The translations under genes and the position numbers were made by a program. This document shows, piece by piece, positions 1 to 14,014 of a stretch of 64,000 nucleotides of DNA. Under the pieces are notes generated by a model that was given only the letters and a program-made list of their open reading frames with translations, made no database searches and was not told where the DNA came from. How positions within the stretch are numbered: position 1 is the first letter of the stretch; each line of letters opens with the position of its first letter. The stretch comes from Eledone cirrhosa (lineage: Eukaryota), in the NCBI GenBank assembly GCA_964016885.1, contig OZ024741.1, positions 351,850,001 through 351,914,000 on the forward strand, written 5' to 3'.

Positions 1-288
1 ATTGGCTACTGTGACTACACCAGTCCATCATGTCACAAATTCTCTGACCCAATTTCTTCACAGCAGAGTACCTGCACTTTCAAAAATGCAGTCATACCCG
101 AGAAATCTCATGAAATATAAGGTAAAGTATAAAGTGCTGTATTCTTTTTTTTTTCATTTTTAATTTACTCTAGTTTTCAGTCTTTTACTTCAAACATGAA
201 TTGTAATGGATTTCTCGAAAACAGTCATACCCAAATATCTTACAATACTTCACATAAACTATACTGATACACACACACACACATAACA

Positions 289-1340
289 TCTATACTATAA
301 GAGCTGTGTCTGTCAGTCCATCACGCCTTCTATATATATATAGAGGGAAATACTGCTCCACCTCTCACCCATTCAACCTCTCCCTAACTAAAACATAGTG
401 TGAATAAACAAAAAGAATATGGAGTTTTTTGGTTGTGTGTGTATTTCTGCATGAGAGAGTGTGTGCGCGCGTGCGTGCGTGCGTGTGTGTGTGTAATAGA
501 TTATTAGGCTTTCCTTGCACTGATAGAACTAATTTTTATGGCCTAAGGAGTGAAATTGTCCTATGTTAATGAAAATGAGCCTAAACTACTGGATGATCAA
601 AAAGCACTATATAACATTAGACTTGAGTCAATTACTCAACAGAATAGTGACCTATTTTTTATTGATCTTCTGGGTGGAACTAGTAAAACCTTGATAAACC
701 TATTGTTACACATCTTTGACAAGACAAAAAAATTTCTTTAACAGTTGCTTCATCTGAAATTGCTGCTATACTTTTACCTAGGGGCCAGACAGCACATTCT
801 GCTTTCAAATTGGCCTCAGTTTGAATGAAATGTCCATATGTTATATAAAGAAAGACTCAGGGGCTGCTCAAGTATTGCAAAGATGTGTAACAATATTTGG
901 CAATGAATTTACAATGGTGCATAGACACACATTGGAGGCAGATCACTGAAAGATAGCTGGAACAGCAAAACAATCATGCAAGGAATCACTGTCATTTTAA
1001 CAGGGGACTTCCAACAAACTTTACCTGTGGCAATGATCAAGTTTCAGCTTGCCTAAAATCGTCAATTTTATGGCCATGTATCATAAAACTCAACTTAAGA
1101 ACCAACATGTGAGCACAACTTCACGATGACAAAACCTTTGCAGAATTTGCGCAAAAGCTTCTGAAACTTGGTGAAGGCAAAGTATCCCTTGATACGGAAA
1201 GATGTTTTGATCTTTCATCATTTTGTACTGTTGTGGGAAGTGTTGATAGCATAATTAATTAAGTGTTCCCTAATTTCGAAATCCACAATTCTAAGGAGTG
1301 GCTGCATAAAAGAGTAATCCTTGCCCACCACAAAATATTA
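289..1340 (+). mobile_element. Decayed Helitron remnant (PIF1-like helicase pseudogene with possible 5' TC terminus)
   Basis: Broken PIF1/SF1 motifs across frames: LFFIDLLGGTSKTLINLLL (Walker A region), VASSEIAAILLPRGQTAHSAFKL, VILTGDFQQTLPV, ACLKSSILW..LRTNM, EFAQKLLKLGEG, WLHKRVILA. A|TCTATACTATAA at 288-300 resembles a Helitron 5' end. Confidence 0.85.
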
Positions 1341-1374
1341 CAGGGAATACCATCAACAAAAATCTCTCACAAAT

Positions 1375-1725
1375 GATCCTTGGATTTGTTGACGAGGATT
1401 TCTCAACAGTCTTCAACAAAAAGAAGTTTGCCAACGAAATCTATTAACAACATGTGTCTAACATCATGTACAAGAGTTGGCTTGGTTGGTTGGGGCAAAT
1501 CCCACAACTATCTAGTGAGAGACATGATAATCAGGTCTTGTATTGGTAATCCCATGGAAAGAGGCCAAGAGGACGTACCAAGATGAAATGCAGCAGACAA
1601 TTGACAGAGACCTGAAACTTATCAACAAAAGTTGGAACGATGTAATGGGAGATGCAACTGACCTTGGTCATTGAAGCACTTTGGCTGCCTCATGTGTCTC
1701 AAGACACAGGAACTTCTAAGTCTTA
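1375..1725 (+). mobile_element. Old RTE-like LINE 3' fragment, distinct from the main RTE family
   Basis: Degenerate C-terminal motifs WLG, GKRPRGRTKMK and RDLKLINKSWNDV, followed by a short 3' end abutting (TA)n. Confidence 0.55.
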
Positions 1726-1951
1726 GAAATATGATATATATATATATATATATAATGATGATGATGATGAAATATATATAAAAATACATATGATACATTA
1801 GTGAAAGTGGAGAATCGACTGCCCAGCAGTTTCGGGTGGTTACCTATATATATATATATATATATAAGCAAAAGGGATATTCAATTTGTTGGAAATTCAA
1901 CAAATATAAATGTTTATAACTGATTCAGAGCACTCAACAAGTTTTCTGGAG

Positions 1952-2228
1952 TATAATATTAAATAAATGGAAACTATATTTATAAAACCATATTTATTCT
2001 ATTATATATATTTCAAGGGTACCAAAACTTTGGTACGCCTCATCAGATAAAATACAAAGTTTGTTTTATAAATTTTGACATAACCAAGAAAAGATACTTT
2101 AACGGTTCACGTTTTTCTATCCAAGAAAAACTTGAACCGTTAAGGTATCTTTTTTGGTACCCTTCAAATATATATAATAGAATAAATATGGTTTTATAAA
2201 TATAGTTTCCATTTATTTAATATTATAT
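1952..2228. repeat. Foldback element with nested inverted repeats and a hammerhead in the left arm
   Basis: 1952-2027 is the near-perfect reverse complement of 2151-2228. An inner IR pairs AAAGATACTTTAACGGTTCACGTTTTTCT with AGAAAAACTTGAACCGTTAAGGTATCTTT. Confidence 0.85.
1999..2050 (-). ncRNA. Minimal type I hammerhead ribozyme motif
   Basis: Minus strand: TTAT CTGATGA GGCGTACCAAAG/TTTTGGTACCCTT GAAA TATATA TA^ATAG. Core intact, self-complementary stem III. Confidence 0.7.
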
Positions 2229-2359
2229 ATATATATATATTTTATCTATTTATTTGTTTTCCAGCCAAGGGGCTGAGGCCATGCTGGGCATTATATATAT
2301 TATATGTAGAATGAGGAAAATGTGAAGATGTAGATGTTAAAGAGTCCTTTATCAATTAG

Positions 2360-2432
2360 GCTGTGATACATATTTCAATGATGATCATGGTCATCGGATT
2401 ATTTAACCATTATCGTGATTTCATCAGATAGC
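2360..2432 (-). ncRNA. Hammerhead ribozyme motif, left arm of foldback
   Basis: GCTAT CTGATGA AATCACGATAATGGTT...ATCATCATT GAAA TATGTA TC^ACAGC. Confidence 0.65.
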
Positions 2433-2606
2433 AAAATTGATTAAAAAGTTGTTTCTGAGGTAATCGGGAGTACAAGGGAGCGGACTAAAAAAATTATTGT
2501 TGGAGAGCGGACAACCCCAGCAAAAACATAATAATTTTTTTAGTCCACTCTCTTGCACCCATGATTGCCTCGGAAATGTAATCTTTATTCAAAACTTTAT
2601 TCAGTT

Positions 2607-2679
2607 GCTGTCTGATGAAATCACAATAATGGTTAAATAATCAAATGACCATGACCATTATTGAAATATATATCAAGGC
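2607..2679 (+). ncRNA. Hammerhead ribozyme motif, right arm of foldback
   Basis: GCTGT CTGATGA aatcac AATAATGGT...ACCATTATT GAAA TATATA TC^AAGGC. The two-arm consensus restores stem I GCTGT/ACAGC. Confidence 0.65.
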
Positions 2680-4636
2680 CTGATTAAAAACGGATTTTTT
2701 AATATCTACAACTTTGTATTTTCCTCATCCTAATTATACTCCGTCATCTTTATTTTGAAGAAGTAACATGATGTTGAGTGCTTGAATTGAATTGCATCTG
2801 TGTCTATTGTATATATATATACACACGCACACACATACATAATGTGTGTGTGTACATTTGCATAAAGTTGTATATGTATAATATATAATAAGCTGAGACA
2901 TACCTCCTTCCCCTATATACACACATCAATGCTTTTATTTTCCAATCCCATCCATTAAGTAGAAGAAGCAAACCTATTCCATTCTGTTTCTGTCATTATA
3001 TCAAATATTGGAAATAGAAGCAAATGAGTCATCTCAGCCACCATCACAACCACCACCATCACCACCACCATAGTCACCCCAACAACCATTACAGCCACCA
3101 CTACCATAGCCATCATGACTACCACAACAATTACCAACCCCAACAGCATCCCAGTCATCATCCCCACCAATGCCACTACTACTATACTACTACTGCTGCT
3201 GTTTATCAGCATTGTCTTTAAAGTAAATTCCATTAAAAACAAAGCACACACACACAGACAACCATTATTTCATTCATAGCTAGTACACTCCTCTTTCAAG
3301 GCTTGATAATGCAAGGTAGATAACTCTAGCATAAAGCATACACACACACACACACACAAATACAAACACTATTATGAAGGAAATCAGATACATAACCTCT
3401 CTCTCTCTCACACACGCGCGCGCGCGCATATACAAGTTAGACCATGCAAACTAATATAATCCCATCTATATATTATGCAGACACACACACATTCATATTG
3501 TTTGATATACAAATATGCACCCTTAGAATGAAATTTACAGCTCACACCTAAGTAGGTTTAGCTCTCTTATGAGGTTGATGAAATGTAAGTTTTTTGGGTG
3601 CTTTGAGATAGGATCCTCGGTCTTATGAAAACCAATGTGAAATGAAGCATCTTATTCAAGAACAGAATGCACCACCTGGTCCAGAAATCAAACCCAAGAC
3701 CTTATGATCGTGACTCCAATAGTTTAACCACAAGGCCACCTTACATAAATGACAAAGGCATTAAAATGAATCCACAGATAATACATATGTTTTCAACATA
3801 AGAGCCTCCAGCTATAGAAATTATTCCAAAATATGGAACGTATGAACAAGATGTGGTTACCAGACCCTGTCTTGTGCTGGACCACGACAACCTGTCCAAC
3901 CCATACTAGCACGGAAAACTGATGTAAAATAATAAAGATGATTATCTGGAATACCTTCAAAAATAGGTCCACTCATACAATAGCTGACCTGGGACTAAAC
4001 AACAACAACATTTCAAAAATATCACCATGTGATTTACCCTCAGCTGTGGTGAAGTAGTATGGGACATAAAACACTGCACACAGCTTCCACCTAGAAGTAA
4101 TGACCCACTAACTGGGTAGGTGTGCTTTTACTCACCACAGCAACACCTGCAGAGAAGCAAAATATATACAAAGTAAAAAAATGTGACACAAATAGAACAA
4201 CAGAAATAAGGTGAAAAAAGAGACAGACAGGTGGTGTGGGATTAAATATAAGGTGGATAAAAGACATGGTGTACAAAATATACGTAAAAATAAAAAAAAG
4301 AAATTTTAAAAGTACAATGAAAATAGTTATGCTGAATGAAATGGAAATGAAACGATCTGATGGTTTTGGTTAAATACGTTAATCAGAGTAGAAGAAAAGG
4401 AATATCAATGAAAGGAGAAAACTGTTAGAATGATACCAATTTTTTAAAAAACATGTCTGTATCCACTGGCTATATCATGTGAAAATATATACATTCATGC
4501 ACCAAACAGCTTTCATGCTTTCCTAACACCCCTCAAACAGCATCAGATCCTTATGGTGCTATGCCAAGCAGGTTTTGAACAACTAAGCACAAATTCCCCT
4601 ATGCATCACCACCCCCACAATCAGGATTACTCTGTC

Positions 4637-4800
4637 AGGGGCAAGCATAGCTGTGCAGTTAAAGAGTTTGCTTTGCAACCATGTGGTTTGAGGTTCAGTC
4701 CCACTGCATGGCACCTTGGGCAAGTTTCTTCTATTATAGCTTCAGATTGACCAATGCCTTATGAATAGAATTTAGTAGACAGGAACTTTACTAAAGCCCA
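4637..4800 (+). mobile_element. Diverged tRNA-derived CORE-type SINE
   Basis: tRNA-like head with B-box GGTTCAGTCCC, then CACCTTGGGCAAGT core. A related copy lies at about 7495-7655 (+). Other diverged SINE remnants are at about 3600-3740, 6950-7180, 11380-11550 and 42960-43120 (all -). Confidence 0.65.
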
Positions 4801-6273
4801 CGATATATATGTGTGCGTGTTCATGATTGTGTTTATGTTCACTGTTTGTTTATGTCCCATAACTTAGTTGGATCAATATAATTGAATAAAAAAAACGCTT
4901 TAAAGCAGCCTGCAGTCTAATGACTGATACCAGTAAAAGAATTGTTTCTAGATTTCACTGCATATATTTAACAAAAAGGAAAGGAAGGGGCCGATCGGGA
5001 GATCAAACCAAGGAAACAATGTTTTCATTGGTCTCTCCATTACTGATACTATCTAGCAATCACAATTCCTGGTGGAAGAAAGGATCAGATCATCCACCCA
5101 CCCACTCCACTACCACCACCACCCTAAAAAACAAAAAAACAAAAAAAAACATGTTTCCTTTGGTCATTCCACTGCTGATACTATCTGTCAGTGGCAATGC
5201 CTGACAGAAGAAAGAAGTTGGTCATCAGATCAACCCCACCAAAAAACACGTTTCCTTTGGTCTTTCCATTGCTGATACCATCAATTAGTCACAACACCTG
5301 GCAGAAGTGTCACTGCTTTTTTGGTGAGAGTAGATAAGATTTGAACACAGAATGCTAAAAAAAGGGTTAAAGATCTACTATAATATAATAGCAGCAGTAG
5401 CTATGGCAAAGAATTCACTTTTATTCAAATATTAGATGCAGCATGCCGAAATGTAGCATACCTAAGTGTCTAACTCGCTACACCCCCATACATTCCATCA
5501 TGCAATGTATGTTTGTATGTGTATGTGGGGGTGGGGTGGGGTAGAGTAGAGCAGATAGGGGAGGAGAGCAAACATCACATCTTCCAGTCTACTGCAGAGG
5601 AGAAAGTTTAATGGTAAACATGTAACAAAGGTAAACATGGTGGACATATGGAATAACATGGAAAGCAGATTTAATAAAGTAAAGGCAACAAAATAGAAGA
5701 GAAATATATCAATCATGTGGCTAAGGTGTTAGGTTATCTGCTCACTGTGGGGTCAGAGGGATAGGCCAAGAGCTCAAATTGACCACTATTTTAATCATTT
5801 TGCTACCATCCCACCCAAAACCATACATTTTAAGGGGTCTCTATTTAAATTAAAATCTAACAATTTTTAAATAGGAAGTTTTTGTTAAGTTATATTACAA
5901 ATACCATGTTGATGATGAAATGATAATTTTAGTAAAATCCTTCAAATTCTTCATTATTTAATTGCAATACAGTGTATTTACAAATATGATGATGAAAGGG
6001 TTAGCTGAAGCTAAAGCACCAAATTCATCAGGCTGCATCTTGGATGTTTTAATGATAGTGGTCATATTTTTACAGTGGTAGGAGACAGAATTTCAAATTA
6101 GACCACACACAGCCTGAACAATTACTCTAACAATTCTGCTAATCCTCCACCATAAAGTGGTACTATATTTATCAACCCCATAATGATGAAAAGCAAAGTT
6201 GACCTCAGTGAGATTGGAACTCGAATATAGAGAGCTAGAACAAAATAGCACACTGCTAAACTGTAGATTTTGT

Positions 6274-6712
6274 TTAATTCTTTCATTACCATATCTCTAA
6301 TAAAATACACAGGCCAGTGCTTCAATTTATTTTGAAAATAATGAAATATTTGAAGGAATTTAGTAACAGAGCGTAACTTTTTCATTATCAAACTGATATT
6401 TGAAATTTAACATAACAAAAGATTCTTACATACAATTATGATCGGAGGTTTACATTTAAATATAAGTTGGATCTGGTTACATGAAATAAAACCACCCAAT
6501 TTAAAGGCCTCCTATTTAAATTAAAACCTTCCAAACATAATTTTATATAAGAATCAAATCATATGTTAAGTTACTATGTCAGTAATGAAATAATTAATAA
6601 TCCTAGTCAATCCCTCAAAATTCTTCATTAATTAATTGAAATTGTAAAATATGAGCAGTTTTGCATCATAAAACAAGGGTTGGTTTCAGTCACTTTGGTA
6701 TCAAAGGGTTAA
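6274..6712. mobile_element. TTAA-flanked MITE family (piggyBac-like ends), representative copy
   Basis: Ends TTAATTCTTTCATTACCATAT...TTTGGTATCAAAGGGTTAA. Related copies are at about 5791-6004, 26339-26545, 29645-29957, 31150-31340, 41160-41377 and 42430-42673. Confidence 0.6.
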
Positions 6713-7654
6713 TATGAAACATGCCAAGAGACAACTTGATTTGTTGGCCCTCAGCCAGATGGGTTTTTTTCTTCTTCACTTCAAATAAGTGAATCACATA
6801 AAATAGATGAAGATAAGAAAATCAGTCATTTTCATCTAATCAATAACACTGTATATGTTGGCCAAAGATACCCTTAACATGCTGTTAGACCTCAGTAGGT
6901 CGATCATTTCCTTAGACATGGGCAACTCTTAATGTGTTGTTGTTGGATCTCTGTAGGTCCAAGGACAAGTGTTCCAGTTGATCAATCAATGGTACAGTCT
7001 GGTTGTGGAATTATCATGTAAATGGTTGGGCATTCCAGAGCTATGTGTACTTTTAATGTAATCCTCAGGGAGATTCAGCATGACATAGTGCATGTGACAT
7101 GGCTGGCTTCCTTTGAATTAGATATAACTCATTTTTGTCTCAGTAGACAGGAGCAATGTGAAATAAGGTGCCTTGCTCAACTGATCAACATAGGTTGATA
7201 ATGTACTCTACATACATTCTAACTTTTTAGCTACCAACATAACATTAAGAAAAAATAATAACTATGATATGTATTGAAAAAATACAATAAAGGGAGAAAT
7301 ACATTGCACTTTAGATTGATTTTGCCACATTGGAAATTATTTGTTTTGCTATTTCTGATCTGATAAATAGATATGAAATGAATTCTTAAAATGTAAACAC
7401 ACACACACACACACACAGCCAGATAAACATGTGTCAGCATGGAAGGATGATTGTTTAATTATGATAAATAAAATTTGAACAAAAGTGAAGAGTGCAGGTA
7501 TGGCTATGTGGTTAAGGAGATCACTTCACAACCAAATTGTCTTGGGTTGAGTTCCACCACATAGCACCTTAGGCAAGTGTTTTCAACTATAGCCCCAAAT
7601 TGACCAATGCCATGGAAATGAAATTTGGTAGACAGAAAGTGTGCAGAAGCCTGT

Positions 7655-7697
<43 letters not shown>

Positions 7698-7699
<2 letters not shown>

Positions 7700-10179
7700 C
7701 ATCATCATCATCATCATCATCAGGTTTAGCGTCCGTGTTCCACGCTTGCATGGGTTTGGACGGGGGTTTTCCCACTTGAGGCAAGAGTGGTTGTCTTGCT
7801 CGCATAGGACTGTCTGGCGGGTTTTCTACAGTTGGATGCCCTTCCTAACACCAACCACATTTACAGTGTGGGGCTGGGAGGTTTTTACCGTGTTGCCTAC
7901 ACGGCCACATTACAGCGTGGACTGTCTGGCGGGTTTTCTACAGCTGGATGCCCTTCCTAACACCAACCACATTTACAGTGTGGGGCTGGGAGGTTTTTAC
8001 CGTGTTGCCTACACGGCCACATTTACAGCGTGGACTGTGTGTTTTTTGTCGTGACACCTACACGATCTCATTTGTTTCGGCCTGGATGTTGTGGGACCAA
8101 CATAACTTTACATTGAAGGGGCGGTGTGGATGGGGTGGAGGTGGTGGGACGGGGGTGTGTTTTGATAGAGATGCCTACTGACTGTAGTAGGTTTTTACTT
8201 TGTATTTAGGTGAGGCGGGTCTTCTCTATTACTGAGTACCGCCAAAAGTCTCGGTCCAGTGACATTGTCTTGGAGAGGTGTAAGTGTGTGAGGTCGGAAT
8301 TTATCAGCTCGTCCCATGTTTTTCTGGGTCTGCCTACTCCGTGGCTACCGTCTATCTTTATTGCCCTGCACTTTGTTATACAGCTGTCGTCTTTCATGCG
8401 CATCACGTGACCGTACCAACGTAGCCTTCTCTCGAGTAAACAACATCTGATCCCTCTTATTTCTAATTTTTTCCTTAGTTCGTTTATGCTTTGCCGTTCA
8501 CGTATATTACTATTGCACATCCAGCGGAGCATGCAAGCTTCGTTCCTCTCTAGTCTGCGTATATCCTCTGCACACAATGCCCAGGTCTCACTGCCATGCA
8601 GCATTGCTGTTCGTATGCAGGCATCGTATAACCTGCCTTTCATTTTTAGGGAGAACCCTCTAGCGGCTAATAGTGGTATAAGCTCTCTGAACTTTTTCCA
8701 TCCAGTTCTGACTCTAGCTACTGTACTTTCAGAGCACCCTCCCCCACTGCTGATTTTGTCACCCAGGTAACGGAAGCTGTCCACTATTTCTATAGAACCC
8801 TCTGCGCAGTTGAAGGAGCTAGTATTTTGTGGGCACTTGCTGCTACTTATTGCACCAGAGCACCGGCCACATGTAAAATCTATGTTCTTAGTTAGCTTAC
8901 CTGTGATCCCACTACATCTTTTATGCACCCATACTTTGCATTTGGGACATAAAATGGAGTTTCTACCTACGCCTTTCCTACACACTGAGCATGGCCATTT
9001 CCCAGATGGGACCGCCGCCTTATTTTCTTTCCTACAAACTAGAACTTTAGTCTTAGCCAGGTTAATTTTAAGGCCTTTTGATTCTAGGCCGTGCTTCCAT
9101 GTTTGGAACTTCTTCTCTAGTTCGGTCATTGATTCAGCTATGAGCGTTAGATCATCTGCGTATAGGAGTTCCCATGGGCAGCCGGTCTTGAACTCCTCTG
9201 TTATAGCCTGAAGGGCAATAATAAATAGTAAGGGGCTAAGAACAGAGCCCTGATGGACACCAACTTTTACGCTAAACTCTTCACTATATTCGTTGTTAAT
9301 TCTAACCTTACTGACTGTTTCTTTATACATGGCTTGTATAGCTCTCACAAGCCATTCGTCAACACCTAGTTTTCTAAGAGACCACCAGATAATGGAACGG
9401 GGGACTCTGTCGAAGGCTTTCTCCAAGTCGACGAAAGCTAAGTATAGGGGTTTACTTTTAGCTAGGTACTTCTCCTGTAGTTGTCGTACAATGAAAAGAG
9501 CGTCTGTGGTACTTTTGCCTGACACAAACCCGAACTGCATTTCATCTAGATCAATTCTCTCTCTGATTAGTTGCGCTATTACTTTTTCCGTGACCTTCAT
9601 GACCTGGTCGATTAATTTAATGCCTCTATAGTTACTCCTATCTAGGGCATCTCCTTTTCCCTTATAGCAGTTAACGATGATGCTGCTATGCCAGACCTTC
9701 GGAACAACCCCATTCTGTACGACTTGGTTAACTATCCGGGTGACCATGGTGTGTCCCACCGAACCAGATGCCTTCAGCATCTCAGCAACTATTTCCGAAG
9801 GACCAGCCGCCTTACCCGTCTTCATATCTTTGATTGCCTTGCTTATTGTACTACCCTGGACTAACACTGCTGGTCCCTCTATTGGGTCGATGTGGGGGAG
9901 ACTGTCTTTCTCCCATTTGTTCTCCTCATTTAGAAGCCTTTCGTAGTGACACTTCCAAGCTACCTTCTTATCAGCGTCGGTGATGGCAAGTGTGCCATCA
10001 TCGTTAAGTACACACTTCTCCCCGACAATATCACGGTTTTCCTTGACACATTGCCTGGCAATCCTGAACACCTCACGTTTTTGGTCCTCACGTTGTAGAA
10101 CATGCTTGAACTTTCTTTCCTCTGCTTCCCTTCTTGCAAAGTACACTTGTCTCCTAGCTTCCCTCCTGGCCACTTGATA
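7698..10179 (-). mobile_element. 5'-truncated RTE-clade LINE, subfamily A; open RT ORF 8206-10194
   Basis: RT motifs [47 protein letters not shown] and RRLRWYGHV. (GAT)n 3' tail at 7698-7721. Both ends abut (TA)n. Confidence 0.95.
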
Positions 10180-10304
10180 TATATATATAACCACTATATA
10201 TATATAACCAACCTGCGCACTTCGTCGAGTGCTCCAGCCTGCATACTGAGGTGTTGGTATACAACCAACATAAACTCAAAATCTATATATATATATATAT
10301 ATAT

Positions 10305-10392
10305 ATATTAAAATAACAGATTAAAGTTTAAGCAAAGAATCGCTGCTTAAGGGTGAAAGCAGCGATTCTTTTTAATCTGTTATTTTAATAAA
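10305..10392. repeat. Short near-perfect hairpin embedded between TA tracts
   Basis: TATTAAAATAACAGATTAAA..AAAGAATCGCTGCTT pairs with AAGCAGCGATTCTTT TTAATCTGTTATTTTAATA. Confidence 0.8.
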
Positions 10393-10478
10393 TATTTGCT
10401 CTATGGTTCTTATATATTTGATATATATTTATCCTTATCGAGCCCTCTTTGGATTTTAGTCTTCAAATTTATTATTAT

Positions 10479-10547
<69 letters not shown>

Positions 10548-10548
10548 G

Positions 10549-10886
10549 ATGGTGCATGGCTTAGTGGTGAGAGCATTGGGCTTGCAATTGGGAGGTTGTG
10601 TGCTTGATTCTCTTCTCGGACCAGGTGATGCATTGTATCCTTGAGCAAGACACTTTAGTTCATGCTGCTCCAGTTTACTCAGCTGCAGAAATGAGTTATG
10701 ATGTCACAGATGCCAAGCTGTATCGGCCATTGCCTTTCCCTGGGACAACACCGGTGGCGTGGAGGGAGGAGACTGGTATGCATGGGAAACTACTGGTCTT
10801 CCACAAACAACCTTGCCTGGACATGTGCCTCAGAGGGGAACTTTCTAGGTGCAAATCCCTGGTCATTCATGACTGAAGGGGGTCTT
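10549..10886 (+). mobile_element. tRNA-derived CORE-type SINE
   Basis: A-box TGGCTTAGTGG, degenerate B-box, core CCTTGAGCAAGACACTT...CCAGTTTACTCAGCTG, flanked by (TA)n. A related copy is at about 12885-13130. Confidence 0.8.
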
Positions 10887-12175
10887 ATATATATATATTT
10901 ATGTGTGTGTGTGTGTGTGTAGTGTATTCCTGCGTGCATGTTCACCTGTGCCTCGTATCTTAGCACACTATAACAAAAAGATATTAAAATAAGGAGCAGA
11001 CTTGAAAATAAAAATGCACCAGGTTTGATATGATTGACTAAATAAGGCAGTGCCCCAGTATGGCTGTAATCTAATGACTAAAACTAAAAAAAAATAAGAA
11101 TATTTATAAATGTGTGTGTGTATGCAAAACAATGATAATGATATATGCATATATGGTTCATTTTCTTTCTAGGAGGAATGCAAGAATAAGAATGAAAAAT
11201 TGGAAAATTGAAATACAACAATGATACAGGAACTGACAAGAATTTTCAAATCTTGTCACATTCACTCCCACTTCCCAAGCAGCTTTCACACAGCCTCCTT
11301 TTACTACCACAACTTCTATGTCCACATATGCACATGTGCATGCATGCGTGTGTTGGACTTCCATCTCTTCCCACGAGTATTCCAGTCGTCTGAACAACAG
11401 AACAGCCTGCTTCTGAAATTAATGTGCAAGTAACTAAGTGTTCCACATGGAACAAAATGAGATAAAGTGTCTTACTTTAAGACACATGGCGCTGCCGGGG
11501 ATCAAACTCACAACCTTAAGGTAGCGGACCAGACTCCCTAATCATTAAGCCTAATCATCACCACCATTACAATATATACATCCTCACACACACATAGGTC
11601 AATATGTGACAAACACTAAATCCCCCACCACACCATCACAACCTGACTACACCAACACAACTTAACCACTACCCTCACACCATCACCACTCCACCACACC
11701 ATACACACAAAAAAGAAGCTTATTAAGAATTCAAATAAGAGAAAACAGTCTGTATGAAAGCTGCATGAGACCAGAATAATGAACTTGTGTGAAATTTTAA
11801 ATCTTAACTGATCAATACTATACATAGATGCGTGTGTGTGTGTGTATGTGATCATATAGAATGCCTCTTCACCTTCGCGTATGCTTCCATATACACACAT
11901 GAACACACACACAAGTACAGATATATTTGTGACTTTAGTGGACAAAGGAAGTAAATGTACATGCATGCACAAATACACACACTCGGCCAAACTCACACAT
12001 ACAGTATCACTAGCACCACACCCTCGAAACACCCCCTTTTTTATCTTCCCACCCATCATCATGCCCATTATCTCCATAGGCACTGCCACTGCCACCACCA
12101 CTGCCACATTGCTAACAAAGACAGTTAAGATATTTGTCTTCCATCTCAATAGATGGATGATACAATCATAAGTCA

Positions 12176-12255
<80 letters not shown>

Positions 12256-13674
12256 AATGCTATGTCTCAGCCAGTTGTTTATATATATAATTAAATAAAT
12301 AAAAAATAGAAAAAAAATAAAAATCAGTAACAACAATAATAACAAAAATGATAATAGCAAATAAAAAATAGATAAATGTGAATAGTAACATTAGTTTCAA
12401 ATCTTTAAAATGTACAAAATAATAATAATAATAAAGAAATCTAATAAAAATGCCTGGCAACATTATTGCTTCCACCACCACCACCATCACAATTAGGATC
12501 ACTATCATTACCATCATAATCACTATGACCACTGAAATTCTCCTAAACAGCATCAACAATAATATTGTCATCATTATACTCCACCACCACCACATACACT
12601 AATATTATCACCACCACCATGCCACCCCATCATCCCAACAGCAACAACAAACACCATCACCATCCCCTCCACCTCAATAAACATCATAATCACCACCAAA
12701 ACCACTACTATCACATAACAACCAAAACAACCACATACATCCACCTCACCTTTACAGCAACAACAACAAACACTATCTCCAACACAACTACAATAACAAA
12801 CACAATCACCACCACACCATCACCACAATAAGCATCATCATCAACAAAAACACCAACATTTTCACACACCTAACAGCACCATTGTGAAGGCTTAGTGGTT
12901 AGGTTTATTAGGTCACAATCAAAATGCGATTTTCAGGGGTGTGTTGTGTACTTGAGCAAGCCTCTTTACTTCACATTGCTCCAGTCCACTCAGTTGGCAA
13001 AAATGAACTGTATCTGTAATTCAAAGGGCCAACCTGTCACATACTGTGTCATGCTGAATCTCCCTGAGAACTATCTTAAGAATACAAGTCCATTAGGAAT
13101 GCTCAGTCAATTCTCACTTGCATCATGGCTCACCATCTTTAAACATATGTAGAACAGAGTGGATGAGGTAGTGTTAGCTACAATGTTTTGAATAAAAGAT
13201 ATGATGGTCATGGCTGGGAGGTCTTTAATTATAAGTGTGCTTCTCAACCATTGCTAGCCTGGGCTAAATAATAATTACCACAAAATCATCACAATCATAC
13301 CATGGACCACCACCACTAGCATTAATGCAACCACCAACACCACCACTGTTACCATGACCAGCACCACACACTACCACAGCTAGCATTAACACAACCACCA
13401 CAACCACTACTACCATGATCAAAACTGTCACTACCACAACCATTGCTACCATGACCAAGCCATCACCATCAACACCACCACTACTACCATGACAAACACC
13501 ACAACCACAACACCCCACCACCACCACCACCACCAATCAGTCTTATTTCTCCTAAGTGTTTATTTTACAAGACTGTTTCTTGTATTGATTTTTAAACAGA
13601 ATTATTAATGGTTGAGATGGGGAGTGTGTGTGTATATGTGGTGGGGAGGGAGTAAGTGAGATAGGTAGAGATAA

Positions 13675-13732
<58 letters not shown>

Positions 13733-13968
13733 AGAGTGAGAGAGTCAGAGATATATATAGAGAGAGAGCAAGAGAGTCAGAGAGAAAGATAGGGATAAAG
13801 AGAGTCAGAATGAAAGAGAGTATGAGAAGTACAAAGGAAAATTAAAAATAAATACCAAGATGTGATTCACCAATTTTATGTATATTTTAAACAAGCTAAA
13901 TATGTTCAAGCGTGTTATGTGTGTATGTAAGCACATATAGATACACATATATAGATAAAAGCACATAC

Positions 13969-14001
<33 letters not shown>

Positions 14002-14014
14002 TGTATATATATAT

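Larger units (their letters stand above)
2309..2730. mobile_element. Non-coding ~420-bp foldback element with a hammerhead in each arm
   Basis: 2309-2500 and 2527-2730 are diverged reverse complements, e.g. GAGCGGACTAAAAAAATTATT / AATAATTTTTTTAGTCCACTC. Confidence 0.85.

Noticed and set aside
2955-3251. His/Thr/Val-rich ORFs (also 12260-12831, 13264-13536 and 26439-26982)
   Set aside because: Degenerate (CAC/CAT)n and pentamer simple repeats.
8210-10177. Recurrent plus-strand ORFs antisense to the RTE RT, repeated in each copy
   Set aside because: Shadow frames of the RT coding strand; they recur only because the element is repeated.
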